A stretch of DNA of 18,417 bases from Candidatus Anstonellales archaeon. Lineage in GTDB: Archaea > Micrarchaeota > Micrarchaeia > Anstonellales > J096. Location of the stretch: the NCBI GenBank assembly GCA_038740615.1, contig JAVYLQ010000009.1, positions 1 through 18,417 of the forward strand. The letters are read 5' to 3'. The notes beneath the pieces are model-generated. The model had not been told where the DNA came from, ran no database searches, and worked only from the letters and a program-made list of their open reading frames with translations. This document shows positions 8,108 through 17,285 of this stretch, one piece after another; position 1 is the first letter of the stretch; every line of letters starts with the position of its first letter. A program made the position numbers and the translations under genes.

Positions 8108-9637
8108 ATGCTTAAGGGATTTGAAGTTAGTAAATTAAGAGGATATGATTTGAGTATAAATCGGAGAAGAATATCGGATTTGAAAATTCTGGATGAGATA
8201 AAATCAGATTCTATGGTGGATAGAATAGATATCATAAATGATTATGTAAACATAAGACTGAAACCAGAATATTATCAATCAATAAGCTTAGAATCCTCTA
8301 GATTAAATAGAGTTGTGAGTATAGAATATCCTTCGGTAAATCCTAACAAGCCTTGGCACATAGGACATCTTAGAAATGCAATAATAGGAGAGAGTATGTA
8401 TCAGATATTGAAAGAGAGATATAGTAAAGTGTACACTATAGATTACATAGATGATCTTGGATTACAGGTAGCTCAGAGCTATTGGTATTACACAAAATAC
8501 GGTATTACTTCAGATCATCAAAAATTCGATCATGCAATTGGTATGGATTATGTACGAGCTAATGAACTTCTAGAACAGAATGAGAGAGAAATAAGAGAGG
8601 TATTAAGAGAAATGGAGGAGAAAAATATAGCTAGAGAATTTGTCGACAAGGTTCTAGAATATCAACTACAGACTGCAAGATTGTATGGGATACATGCTGA
8701 TTATAGAATATATGAGAGTGATATAAAGAGAGATCTGTTTGATAAGGGGATAGAACATCTGAAAAAATTAGGTTATATAATATATGCAACAGAAGGAGAG
8801 CTCAAAGGTACTTACATAACTAAATTCAATCATAAAGTAATAATTAGAAGTGACGGTACTGCTACATATCTCGGTAAAGATATTATATTTCAGCTCTGGA
8901 AAGCTGGATTACTCAAAGGGATTAGATTTATAAACAGGGATGGAGTATTATATTCATCTAATCAAGGAAGCCTGATGGATTTAAATTCAGATATCATAAT
9001 TAACGTTATAGGAATAGAACAATCATCACATCAGCAAGAGATCAAAGAACTATTTAATAACATAGCTCAAGATAAGGAATATTACCATCTATCATATCAG
9101 AGAGTAAAGCTCAAAGAGGGTCATTTTTCAGGTAGGAAGGGAAATTGGTTAGGATATACTGCAGATGATCTTTACAGAGAGGCTATCGAAAGAATAGGGA
9201 ATAGAGATTTGGCATTAGCATCTATAAAATTCTTCATTCTCAAACATAATCCAAAGACAGAAGTGATATTCGATTGGGAAAAAGTTCTAAGTACTCAGGG
9301 GGGCTCTGGAGTATATGTGTTGTATACTTATGTACGTATGCTTGGTTTAGAGAAGAACTCTACTGTAACACCTGAATTGAAAGAAGTTGATGAAGATGAC
9401 AGAGAGTTGTTAAAGTTCTATTTGTACTATAATACAAATATTGATAAATCTATTAAGTATCTGGATCCATCTATAATAGCTGAATATATCTTGAAAATGG
9501 CGGAGGAGTTTAATTCATATTATTCTAAATATAGAATCTCTAATAACCCTAGCAAATTTTGGATAGTTAAGAAAATTAAGTATCTTTATGAGAAGCTCTT
9601 GGATCTTCTAACCATTCCAAGAGTATCAAGTATTTAG
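8108..9637 (+). CDS. argS: Arginine--tRNA ligase
   Basis: IEYPSVNPNKPWHIGHLRNAIIGE (HIGH motif), YIDDLGLQ, IRSDGTATYLGKDI, FSGRKG (KMSKS equivalent), IFDWEKVLS and a C-terminal DALR-like domain (AEEFNSYY). Confidence 0.97.
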   Translation: MLKGFEVSKLRGYDLSINRRRISDLKILDEIKSDSMVDRIDIINDYVNIRLKPEYYQSISLESSRLNRVVSIEYPSVNPNKPWHIGHLRNAIIGESMYQILKERYSKVYTIDYIDDLGLQVAQSYWYYTKYGITSDHQKFDHAIGMDYVRANELLEQNEREIREVLREMEEKNIAREFVDKVLEYQLQTARLYGIHADYRIYESDIKRDLFDKGIEHLKKLGYIIYATEGELKGTYITKFNHKVIIRSDGTATYLGKDIIFQLWKAGLLKGIRFINRDGVLYSSNQGSLMDLNSDIIINVIGIEQSSHQQEIKELFNNIAQDKEYYHLSYQRVKLKEGHFSGRKGNWLGYTADDLYREAIERIGNRDLALASIKFFILKHNPKTEVIFDWEKVLSTQGGSGVYVLYTYVRMLGLEKNSTVTPELKEVDEDDRELLKFYLYYNTNIDKSIKYLDPSIIAEYILKMAEEFNSYYSKYRISNNPSKFWIVKKIKYLYEKLLDLLTIPRVSSI

Positions 9638-9893
9638 GTAATCTATTCAGTACAGGTTTACCATTTTTATATTCAATAATCCCTATTCTGAATCCCTCTA
9701 CAATTAATACATACTTACCATCGATAGCATTGGGAAACTTATAGTTGTTATAATCTTCCAAAGATATACTAATTTGAGGTTCTGGATTATTAGAATTTAG
9801 AGCATATGCATAATTTACTTTCTTCAACACTATCCCTTTCTCCGCATTTTTTATATCCAAACTCATTAACTCTTTACTCATTAATCTCTCCAT
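9576..9893 (-). CDS. Small protein resembling the stand-alone RsmF/NOL1-NOP2 C-terminal PUA-like RNA-binding domain
   Basis: ISISLEDYNNY...DGKYVLIVEGFRIGIIEYKNGKPVLNRLPKYL resembles the RsmF C-terminal pattern G-x-V-L-h-x2-G-F-x-hG...N-x-h-P-K-x-L. Its 3' end overlaps argS by 62 bp. Confidence 0.55.
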   Translation of the reverse strand: MERLMSKELMSLDIKNAEKGIVLKKVNYAYALNSNNPEPQISISLEDYNNYKFPNAIDGKYVLIVEGFRIGIIEYKNGKPVLNRLPKYLILLEWLEDPRASHKDT

Positions 9894-9918
9894 ACAATAT
9901 TAAGAGGGATTTTAAAAT

Positions 9919-12900
9919 TTATTCATCACATCTCAAGATATATCTTTGAACACACCAATCAGCGTTGTATGTCTCAGTATAATTAATATCATATATAGGT
10001 GGAAGTTGAACAATTCTATAGTCTTGCTGAACAGTTAACCAACCATCTCCAAGACCTGTCTGGAATCCGCAGTAATCATCTCTTATTAAATAAGTTTCAG
10101 GTGAGTTGGAAGCGGATTTAAAAAGATTAACTTGTATAGGTCTACAGAGACAATCACTATCAACAAAGCCCAAGGGTCCATCTTCGCATATTACTCCAAA
10201 TATTCGCTGCGTATATGAAATTGGGATTTGTTGAGAAATATTCGATATAATGTTTTTTATAACGTAGTAACCATTATTAGAATTTGAGCAATTGTTATTT
10301 ATGATAACATTTATAGTGTAATTATTAAAGATAAAATCACTATAAGCTCGATAATTCACTCCGCATCCTTCTTGATTTAGATTGTAACTATCATTTCTAC
10401 CTTTGAATATACCATATCCAAACAGATTTAATGTATGTTCAGGACTAGTGCATGAATCTAAACCAACTCCATATTCTCTAGCTTCTAATGTTGTGGTACT
10501 CGTTTGTAACTCCCCAATAATGTTTTTTATAGTTCCATTCACATGACATTGTGAAGGTGTACAGAAAGATTCTAATTCATATCTACATTTTGCTGGTAAG
10601 CATACCATATTTGTTGTATTGGAATATCTATATTCTACAAAATCAAATGTTCTATTACCTATTTCATCGTAAATTACTGGGTTTGGCCCTTTTGTATAAT
10701 CTTTTGTTAGCTTGTATGTAAACAATCTACCATCAGTTGCCCTGATACATATCTGCTTATCAGAGTAATAATTTGAAATTGCTATCTCTCGAGCATATCT
10801 ATTGAAATTATTATAATCTGCAACTATGGAGTATTGTGGGAATACATCTTGTAGATTATTAGATCTCAGCTGAGGGGTAATATCTGGTAAACATGTGATA
10901 GGTTGGGGAGTGTTTCTATCGATAATATACGTGCACTCACTGGAATCATTTCCTACTTCATAAGGTATTGGGATTCTGGTTATAGTACTAAGGATAGATC
11001 TTGATAGTTCATTTGCTGAGTAATATGAATTAGATTGTATTCTGAAGAATTCTTGCATGTTTCCTATATGAACCCCCATGACTCCTTTTGATGATAGATT
11101 ATGTGAGATATTAACTAATAAATCTACAAACTGCTTTGTAGCAATTGATGATGTTGAATTAATGTAAATATATATAGGCATACCTCCGCTTTGAGTATTT
11201 ATCTGTTCTAATCTATTTAATAGTGCATTTCCAGTATCAGAATTCACAGAATTTACTCTTAGAATCAATAATACAACGTCGCTATCTGGGGTATTACCAC
11301 TCATAACTCCTGGGCATGCAAGAGGTAAATTATTAGATATATCAATTGTCTTAGTACCCCCATAGATATTAACATTACCACTTATAGAACCTCCATTAAT
11401 ATCTATATTATATGCTCTAGCTATAAGGCAAGTAGGGCATATATTCTTTAGAGTATTATAACCCTGATTAGATACTAGAATAATGGCTCCCAGAGGTGTA
11501 GATGCATGTCTGATAAATGGCCTTGGGAATCTCCCGTCTATGAGCAGAAAAGTATCCACTTCTCTCAAAATTCTTTTTAGATAATCATTAGGCAAATCAT
11601 TCTGGAAGAATAGGATTTGTCTACCCTGTAATAGATAGTTTGCCATATCTCTAGTATTTGGTATGTGTTTGTATAATCCATAATCGTATTGTCTTCTGGA
11701 TTTGAATAGAATTTCACCATCTATACTCCTATTTATAGCAATAGTTCCCCTATAACAACCTATCAATCTTCCGTATTCATCAAATGCAAAACTACCATCT
11801 TCATACTTATTTTTTGTACCGAATATCCCATAATCTTTAGTATTACCATATCCTATATCATCATCAGGCATTACACATGCGAACCTAGCTACTCTAATGT
11901 TATCCATTTCCTTTCCACTATACTCAAACCCATTATCCCCTAGATACTTAGGAGATACAACAATTGAATTCAAAGCAGGATTTGGTGGTATGGGAATACC
12001 GAACATCCTTATTTCCAAATCTAGATAATTCTCATTTCCTTTAGTAACATTTATTCCTTTACATCGACCATAATTTCCATCTCCATTCTTATCTATCAAC
12101 AATACTACATGGGATAAGTAGGATATATCTTCGAAGCTAAAATCATATCTCTTAAAAGTTCTATTCCAATCTTCTGTATCCTTTTGAGGACATTCGGGTC
12201 CTGGATTAGCAGCTTCACAGAATACAATCTCATCAGACCCTATATTACTACCATCGAAACATGCTCTCTTAAGTCTATAGTTATCAAAATTCAAGTTCTT
12301 ATTAACAGGTATAACTACTGCATTTAACCCTCTCAATTTGATCAATCTTTTAGGGATAAATAATTCATTTTCAACAATGTTTCCACTCAAATTATAGTTG
12401 ATAGTTGGTTTTGCTTCTAAGCCAGTTTTTGCCTTTAACATAGGGCCAAAGTAATTAAAATAGGCATAGCATGATTCAGTATCACACCAACAGTCTAATG
12501 ACTTATTACTTAATGCGTCCACACAGGTATATCTGGTGTAATATTCTACACTACAGGTACTGAAAGTTTTATTATCATATACACATTCGAATGGTAAACC
12601 TGAGAAATTATAGTAAGAACCAGTTGTTCTATCAAATCTTTGAATGAAAGGTCGATCTATATTAGTAGTATTAAAACCAAACCTTATATAGTACTTCTTA
12701 GCAATTTCATTCATAATATACATAGGACTTCTTTTCTCTATTATAATCTCTCTTAGTGTGATATCATATGTCAGATCTGTTTTTACAGATCTAGAGGAAC
12801 AGGAACAGAGTATAAAACAGCTCTTAGAGTCTACTCTAACACTCAAATTCTTTAATACTAACCTGAAATAATAGTTTCTCCTATAATAGTTTTCACCATA

Positions 12901-14028
12901 AAAATTATATATAGGTTCATCGGTAATACTCCCCCTCTCTACATAAATCGTGTAATTACCTGGTTCAAGCTGGTATGTGGATTCTCCACCGAGTCCTAGA
13001 AAACATCCCAGGCTGATACTCCATCCTTTTTTAGCTTCAGTTTTGTTTAGAGTTATGTTGTGGAAGAAATTCGGATGTTCGCGTTGAGCAAAAGTTTTCA
13101 TGAGTCCCACAGGATACCTCTCAGTTAATTTATCCAAGCTAGCTAATTTCATAAGGAGCTCATACAGATTCTCATCTTTGAGAACATTATTACTATCTTG
13201 CACCTGAAAAGTTATCCTTTCATATCCATAAGAGTGATTATATCTATATTGATAGAAAGAATCCAGAGATTCTGCAGAGGTATCTGACATTTCGCATAAC
13301 AGCAAGCAATTTTCCCACGTATCATAATCCTTGCCTCCGCAGGTAAATATATTTGTATTCTCTTTAATAGTACATTTTCTAGGATTGTTTAGATCAATAT
13401 TATAGAAGATTGGATTAATTCCCTCTATTCCCTGATAATCATAATCAAATGGGAAGAAGTATTTATAATGTTCATATTCATCTATTGAATCTCCAACTCC
13501 AAACTTTGTCCCATATATGTTAAAACTTCCCCAATCGTATTTACCTACGAATTTTCTAGATAAGGTCCCGTATAGTAGATTTATAGCGTTCTTCTGTTTT
13601 ATCTCCTCTCCTTGTTCTATCGGTGAGGAATTATTAAACATGAATAGTTGTATATATGGATCGTAATTTACTTTCTGGTTGATTTGAAAAGTATCATATA
13701 CTAATAGTGTAAAACCAGTTTCACAATTATTAATATTGGCGTATTTACAATATGGCATGTTAACAATTCCATTGACGTCCCTATAAGTAACATTCATATT
13801 ATAACACAATCTGGATAGATCTGAACACTGACCCCCATCGATTATAATAATATCACTTAGAATCTGACTAGCATCGGAAACATTCCTAATCTCAACACAT
13901 TTTCCATCTACTATTTTTTGGCAGCATGCATCTTGAATTATAACACTATTTTGACTCTGTATACATCCTGATATGAACAGTAAAAATAGTATTACAACAA
14001 CCTTAGCAATTGTGTTGGTGCTCCCCAT
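9919..14028 (-). CDS. Giant Cys-rich surface lipoprotein (1369 aa)
   Basis: Signal peptide and lipobox KVVVILFLLFISG-C, dozens of Cys in clusters, many N-x-S/T sequons, no further TM helix. Strong SD AGGAGGT (14037-14043) 8 nt before the ATG; 37-bp overlap with the upstream gene. Confidence 0.85.
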   Translation of the reverse strand: MGSTNTIAKVVVILFLLFISGCIQSQNSVIIQDACCQKIVDGKCVEIRNVSDASQILSDIIIIDGGQCSDLSRLCYNMNVTYRDVNGIVNMPYCKYANINNCETGFTLLVYDTFQINQKVNYDPYIQLFMFNNSSPIEQGEEIKQKNAINLLYGTLSRKFVGKYDWGSFNIYGTKFGVGDSIDEYEHYKYFFPFDYDYQGIEGINPIFYNIDLNNPRKCTIKENTNIFTCGGKDYDTWENCLLLCEMSDTSAESLDSFYQYRYNHSYGYERITFQVQDSNNVLKDENLYELLMKLASLDKLTERYPVGLMKTFAQREHPNFFHNITLNKTEAKKGWSISLGCFLGLGGESTYQLEPGNYTIYVERGSITDEPIYNFYGENYYRRNYYFRLVLKNLSVRVDSKSCFILCSCSSRSVKTDLTYDITLREIIIEKRSPMYIMNEIAKKYYIRFGFNTTNIDRPFIQRFDRTTGSYYNFSGLPFECVYDNKTFSTCSVEYYTRYTCVDALSNKSLDCWCDTESCYAYFNYFGPMLKAKTGLEAKPTINYNLSGNIVENELFIPKRLIKLRGLNAVVIPVNKNLNFDNYRLKRACFDGSNIGSDEIVFCEAANPGPECPQKDTEDWNRTFKRYDFSFEDISYLSHVVLLIDKNGDGNYGRCKGINVTKGNENYLDLEIRMFGIPIPPNPALNSIVVSPKYLGDNGFEYSGKEMDNIRVARFACVMPDDDIGYGNTKDYGIFGTKNKYEDGSFAFDEYGRLIGCYRGTIAINRSIDGEILFKSRRQYDYGLYKHIPNTRDMANYLLQGRQILFFQNDLPNDYLKRILREVDTFLLIDGRFPRPFIRHASTPLGAIILVSNQGYNTLKNICPTCLIARAYNIDINGGSISGNVNIYGGTKTIDISNNLPLACPGVMSGNTPDSDVVLLILRVNSVNSDTGNALLNRLEQINTQSGGMPIYIYINSTSSIATKQFVDLLVNISHNLSSKGVMGVHIGNMQEFFRIQSNSYYSANELSRSILSTITRIPIPYEVGNDSSECTYIIDRNTPQPITCLPDITPQLRSNNLQDVFPQYSIVADYNNFNRYAREIAISNYYSDKQICIRATDGRLFTYKLTKDYTKGPNPVIYDEIGNRTFDFVEYRYSNTTNMVCLPAKCRYELESFCTPSQCHVNGTIKNIIGELQTSTTTLEAREYGVGLDSCTSPEHTLNLFGYGIFKGRNDSYNLNQEGCGVNYRAYSDFIFNNYTINVIINNNCSNSNNGYYVIKNIISNISQQIPISYTQRIFGVICEDGPLGFVDSDCLCRPIQVNLFKSASNSPETYLIRDDYCGFQTGLGDGWLTVQQDYRIVQLPPIYDINYTETYNADWCVQRYILRCDE

Positions 14029-14975
14029 ATTAAACTACCTCCTGTGAGTAAACCGTAAAGATAGAAAGCTATCCCTAGAGAGAATCCTAGACTCAGCCAT
14101 ATTGCTATATTTAATCTATTGTATAAAAAGTTTAAAAACTCTTTCACACTATTGGTTGCTTTTGCATACTCATCTAAATTGAAAGATACTAATGATGCTG
14201 AGTAGTAACTAACCCCATCAACCCTCAGTTTACTCCCTTCAATTCCTATATTAACATTTGACACATTAGTTCCTAATAGCATTGATAGTATCGTTGGGAA
14301 TATTATGTAAAATGAGAATGTGAATGCGATCAGTGCTGATCCTAATCCTTTGGTTAGATATATAGCTCTTAGAACAATTCCTGTGATTATTATTAGAGCT
14401 GCCATGTACTTCAAATATTCTAATGCCACTATTACTATAGATAGATTCACTATTAGATTAAATGATGTTTTTATTATGAATCCCAGCTTTGCAAGCTCCG
14501 TAGAGATTGCTTCTTTACCCTGTATTTGTTCACCCAGTCTCTCAAATAGATCTAATGAGATTCCTGCTATAGAAAACTGAAGTCTAGCAAATCTATTAAT
14601 AATTCTATCATAGTCATTAGTAGCTTTATCTTTTATGGATATTAAAAGCTCTCTGTAGATTTTTAAATAAGTGATAATAAAATCTATATAAGTATCTCCT
14701 GCTGTCTTCACACCCAAAGTACTACTACCCAATAACTCTTTAAGTGATTTTTCAAATTCTGATAATTGTTGACTAGCTCCAGTAGTTAATGTAACATTCA
14801 TAACTTCAAACATAACAATTATACCTATCATTAATACTATTGATTCAATGAAATCTTGTGTAGCTACTCTCTCCTGGAGCGGCATATTCGCTATTCTATA
14901 TATCATAATTCTAATCAGAAAAAGTAATATTACTATCATCAATCCAAGAACAGCAAAATTCAAATAACCCATCAT
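13992..14975 (-). CDS. Polytopic membrane protein, CedA/VirB6-like paralog (327 aa)
   Basis: Two N-terminal TMs, a loop, TM hairpin GIVLRAIYLTKGLGSALIAFTFSFYIIFP and a final TM. Start reassigned to ATG 14975 (or 14972), 1 nt after the upstream stop and preceded by GGGTGGTG. Confidence 0.75.
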   Translation of the reverse strand: MMGYLNFAVLGLMIVILLFLIRIMIYRIANMPLQERVATQDFIESIVLMIGIIVMFEVMNVTLTTGASQQLSEFEKSLKELLGSSTLGVKTAGDTYIDFIITYLKIYRELLISIKDKATNDYDRIINRFARLQFSIAGISLDLFERLGEQIQGKEAISTELAKLGFIIKTSFNLIVNLSIVIVALEYLKYMAALIIITGIVLRAIYLTKGLGSALIAFTFSFYIIFPTILSMLLGTNVSNVNIGIEGSKLRVDGVSYYSASLVSFNLDEYAKATNSVKEFLNFLYNRLNIAIWLSLGFSLGIAFYLYGLLTGGSLIWGAPTQLLRLL

Positions 14976-14976
14976 C

Positions 14977-16146
14977 TCACACCACCCGCAAGAACAGATC
15001 CAAGAATGAGAATCGTTCTCCAAGTAGAGTTACTATTCCCTTAGCTGCTATTATCATAGCTACTATTGTGGTTGATAAGGAAAAGGTAGATACAAGGAAT
15101 ATTGATTGATATGCACGCTTTATCTGAGAATCTCTTATACTTGCAGTTGATTGGATTAGAAAGGACAATATTCCTTGCCCACCCTCAACAATATAATCAA
15201 AATCTGCCTCATTTGAGATGTATCTTATTTTAGGGGTTATTACTATATTTCTGCATGGATCAGAAGGATTGACAATTATATTCTGTATATTTATGAAAAA
15301 TTGATTCAATAGATTAGGAACCAAGTATTCAGGCAATCTGGAATGGAAATGTTGAATAGGTTGAAGATATGTTAATATGTCTTTATTAATATAACCGTAA
15401 AATATGTTTGATTGCAAATAGATTATCGTGGGTAAAATAATTATTATGACAAATGCTATTGCCATCATGCTATTACCAGCAAATTTCATGCCAGGAATCA
15501 ATCTAAGGATTATCCCAAAGGCTAATAGAACTACCATAGAGGGAGTACTTGCTAAATTTAGAAATGCGTAGTAGAACCCCATCATCTTTATAGATAATTC
15601 CAAAGAATTTCTAGCTGCAGCAAATGACTGTGCTGCCGGTTCAACATAGTTGGTATATGGTGTAATTGAATAGACGGCTAATGAGGTTGGGAACAGAAAA
15701 CATCCTAAATCAAATCCACCAATTTCCATATCTGATGCACATTTAGTACAACTAAATGAGGAAAAATGGTACAGCTTTCCTTCTCCCTCTACTAACATAT
15801 ATAGTAAATTGTTTGATAGATTTATCATGTATCTAACATAATTTATACTATTGTTGTAAATAGGCTGATTGGAGAGATATAATGATCCAGAGCTTCCACC
15901 TATGCTACTATCGTGAAATATTGAGAGTATAAAATTGGGATCAACACTTCTATTATATATAAAATCATATAGAGCGTAAGTAAATATCACAAAAACTAAT
16001 ATTATTACCCATTCCTTAATACCAAGATCAAAATACCTTAGCATGTACTGATTTGAAAATATCCTACCTAGTATGTATATTATAACATGGAATAGGAGAT
16101 TGATGAGCAATGCCAAAGCTATTGCTTCCTGATATGTTCCTAGCAT
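14977..16146 (-). CDS. Polytopic membrane protein, CedA/VirB6-like paralog (389 aa)
   Basis: IYILGRIFSN N-terminal motif, GIILRLIPGMKFAGNSMMAIAFVIIIILP hairpin and C-terminal TM + LLGERF. TGATG overlap and SD GGTGA (16151-16155). Confidence 0.78.
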   Translation of the reverse strand: MLGTYQEAIALALLINLLFHVIIYILGRIFSNQYMLRYFDLGIKEWVIILVFVIFTYALYDFIYNRSVDPNFILSIFHDSSIGGSSGSLYLSNQPIYNNSINYVRYMINLSNNLLYMLVEGEGKLYHFSSFSCTKCASDMEIGGFDLGCFLFPTSLAVYSITPYTNYVEPAAQSFAAARNSLELSIKMMGFYYAFLNLASTPSMVVLLAFGIILRLIPGMKFAGNSMMAIAFVIIIILPTIIYLQSNIFYGYINKDILTYLQPIQHFHSRLPEYLVPNLLNQFFINIQNIIVNPSDPCRNIVITPKIRYISNEADFDYIVEGGQGILSFLIQSTASIRDSQIKRAYQSIFLVSTFSLSTTIVAMIIAAKGIVTLLGERFSFLDLFLRVV

Positions 16147-17285
16147 CAGCTCACCCTCGCTATATAGGAGAGAACAAATGGACTAACATCGATCCCTAGC
16201 AATTGATTTATACCAACTGTGACTGATATTACTGTGAGTAATGCTAGACCCAAGGATAGTAGAGAGAGAATAGATAGAACAGTAAATCTGATCAGGAAAG
16301 AATCTGGATTGGTTGAGGCACTGTAAAGTTCTCTAAACGTACTATCGAATCTATGTAAATAGATATCGAAGCATTTATTAGGTTCAGGTACATTACTAAG
16401 AGTAGCTCCTAACCAATTCACCATATTTGTAGTAGAGGTAGTTGGATTCATATTCGTATCTATTTTTGTTAATAGATTTAGAAAGAATGCAGTGGTTATA
16501 GGTAATAGACTTAGGGCTATGGAGAATGATATGAGAAAACCTCCAACCTTTCTGGTTATCTTTATAATCCTCATAATCATACCAATGCTAAAAAATCCTA
16601 TTATAAAAATTGGATAGAGACTAGGACTAAATAGTTCTCTAAATGCGTAGATTATAGATCGATATAGGTTTATCTGACTAAATAGATTGTTCAGACTCTC
16701 ATAAATGTAACTGAAATGCCTACATGGCATATAGGAGAAACCAGATGAAATTGCTTCCCCAGATTGATAGAATCTTTCCTCTTTTATCTCATCGATTATT
16801 TTAGTGGGTGATCCTACTACATTTGTTATGGCCATAAAATCATTTATCAGTGGGTCTTGAGAAATACTACCAAATATGAAGTACTTTTTAGAACTTAAAT
16901 AGCTCTTTAACAACCTATTCATTCCATTGTATACATTTGGATCAAGAACAGATGCATAACTCATATTTAGATAGCTTAATAAAGTATTATTTACATAAAT
17001 TTCTCTAGCTATAGGATTATCGCATTGTACAGAATTATCATTCAGAATAGTGTTTATCATCAAACTACAGCCAAAGTGCTGAATTGGATTTGTGAGCAAA
17101 TAACTTACCACACCTATCATAAGAATTGATATAGCTATTTCAATCATCTCCTCCTTCGAAGTCTGTTCAAGTTCTCTGTTATTAAGTATCCTACCTATTC
17201 CAAAGATGATAACCATCAATATAGCTGATATCACAATCACAGTTCCTAATACAGAATATAAGGTATCACCAAATACAATATTCAT
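16146..17285 (-). CDS. Polytopic membrane protein, CedA/VirB6-like paralog (379 aa)
   Basis: IFGIGRILNNRELEQTSKEEMIE N-terminal motif, GMIMRIIKITRKVGGFLISFSIALSLLP hairpin and C-terminal TM + LLGIDV. TAATG overlap and SD AGGTGA (17290-17295). Confidence 0.78.
   Translation of the reverse strand: MNIVFGDTLYSVLGTVIVISAILMVIIFGIGRILNNRELEQTSKEEMIEIAISILMIGVVSYLLTNPIQHFGCSLMINTILNDNSVQCDNPIAREIYVNNTLLSYLNMSYASVLDPNVYNGMNRLLKSYLSSKKYFIFGSISQDPLINDFMAITNVVGSPTKIIDEIKEERFYQSGEAISSGFSYMPCRHFSYIYESLNNLFSQINLYRSIIYAFRELFSPSLYPIFIIGFFSIGMIMRIIKITRKVGGFLISFSIALSLLPITTAFFLNLLTKIDTNMNPTTSTTNMVNWLGATLSNVPEPNKCFDIYLHRFDSTFRELYSASTNPDSFLIRFTVLSILSLLSLGLALLTVISVTVGINQLLGIDVSPFVLSYIARVS

Noticed and set aside
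14320..14580. Plus-strand 86-aa ORF
   Set aside because: Entirely antisense to a well-supported membrane-protein gene.
14976..15023. ORF-track N-terminal extension MENDSHSWICSCGWCE (looks like a Cys metal-binding motif)
   Set aside because: It overlaps the upstream gene's coding end. The SD-preceded ATGs at 14975/14972 match the paralogs' N-termini, so the extension is probably not translated.
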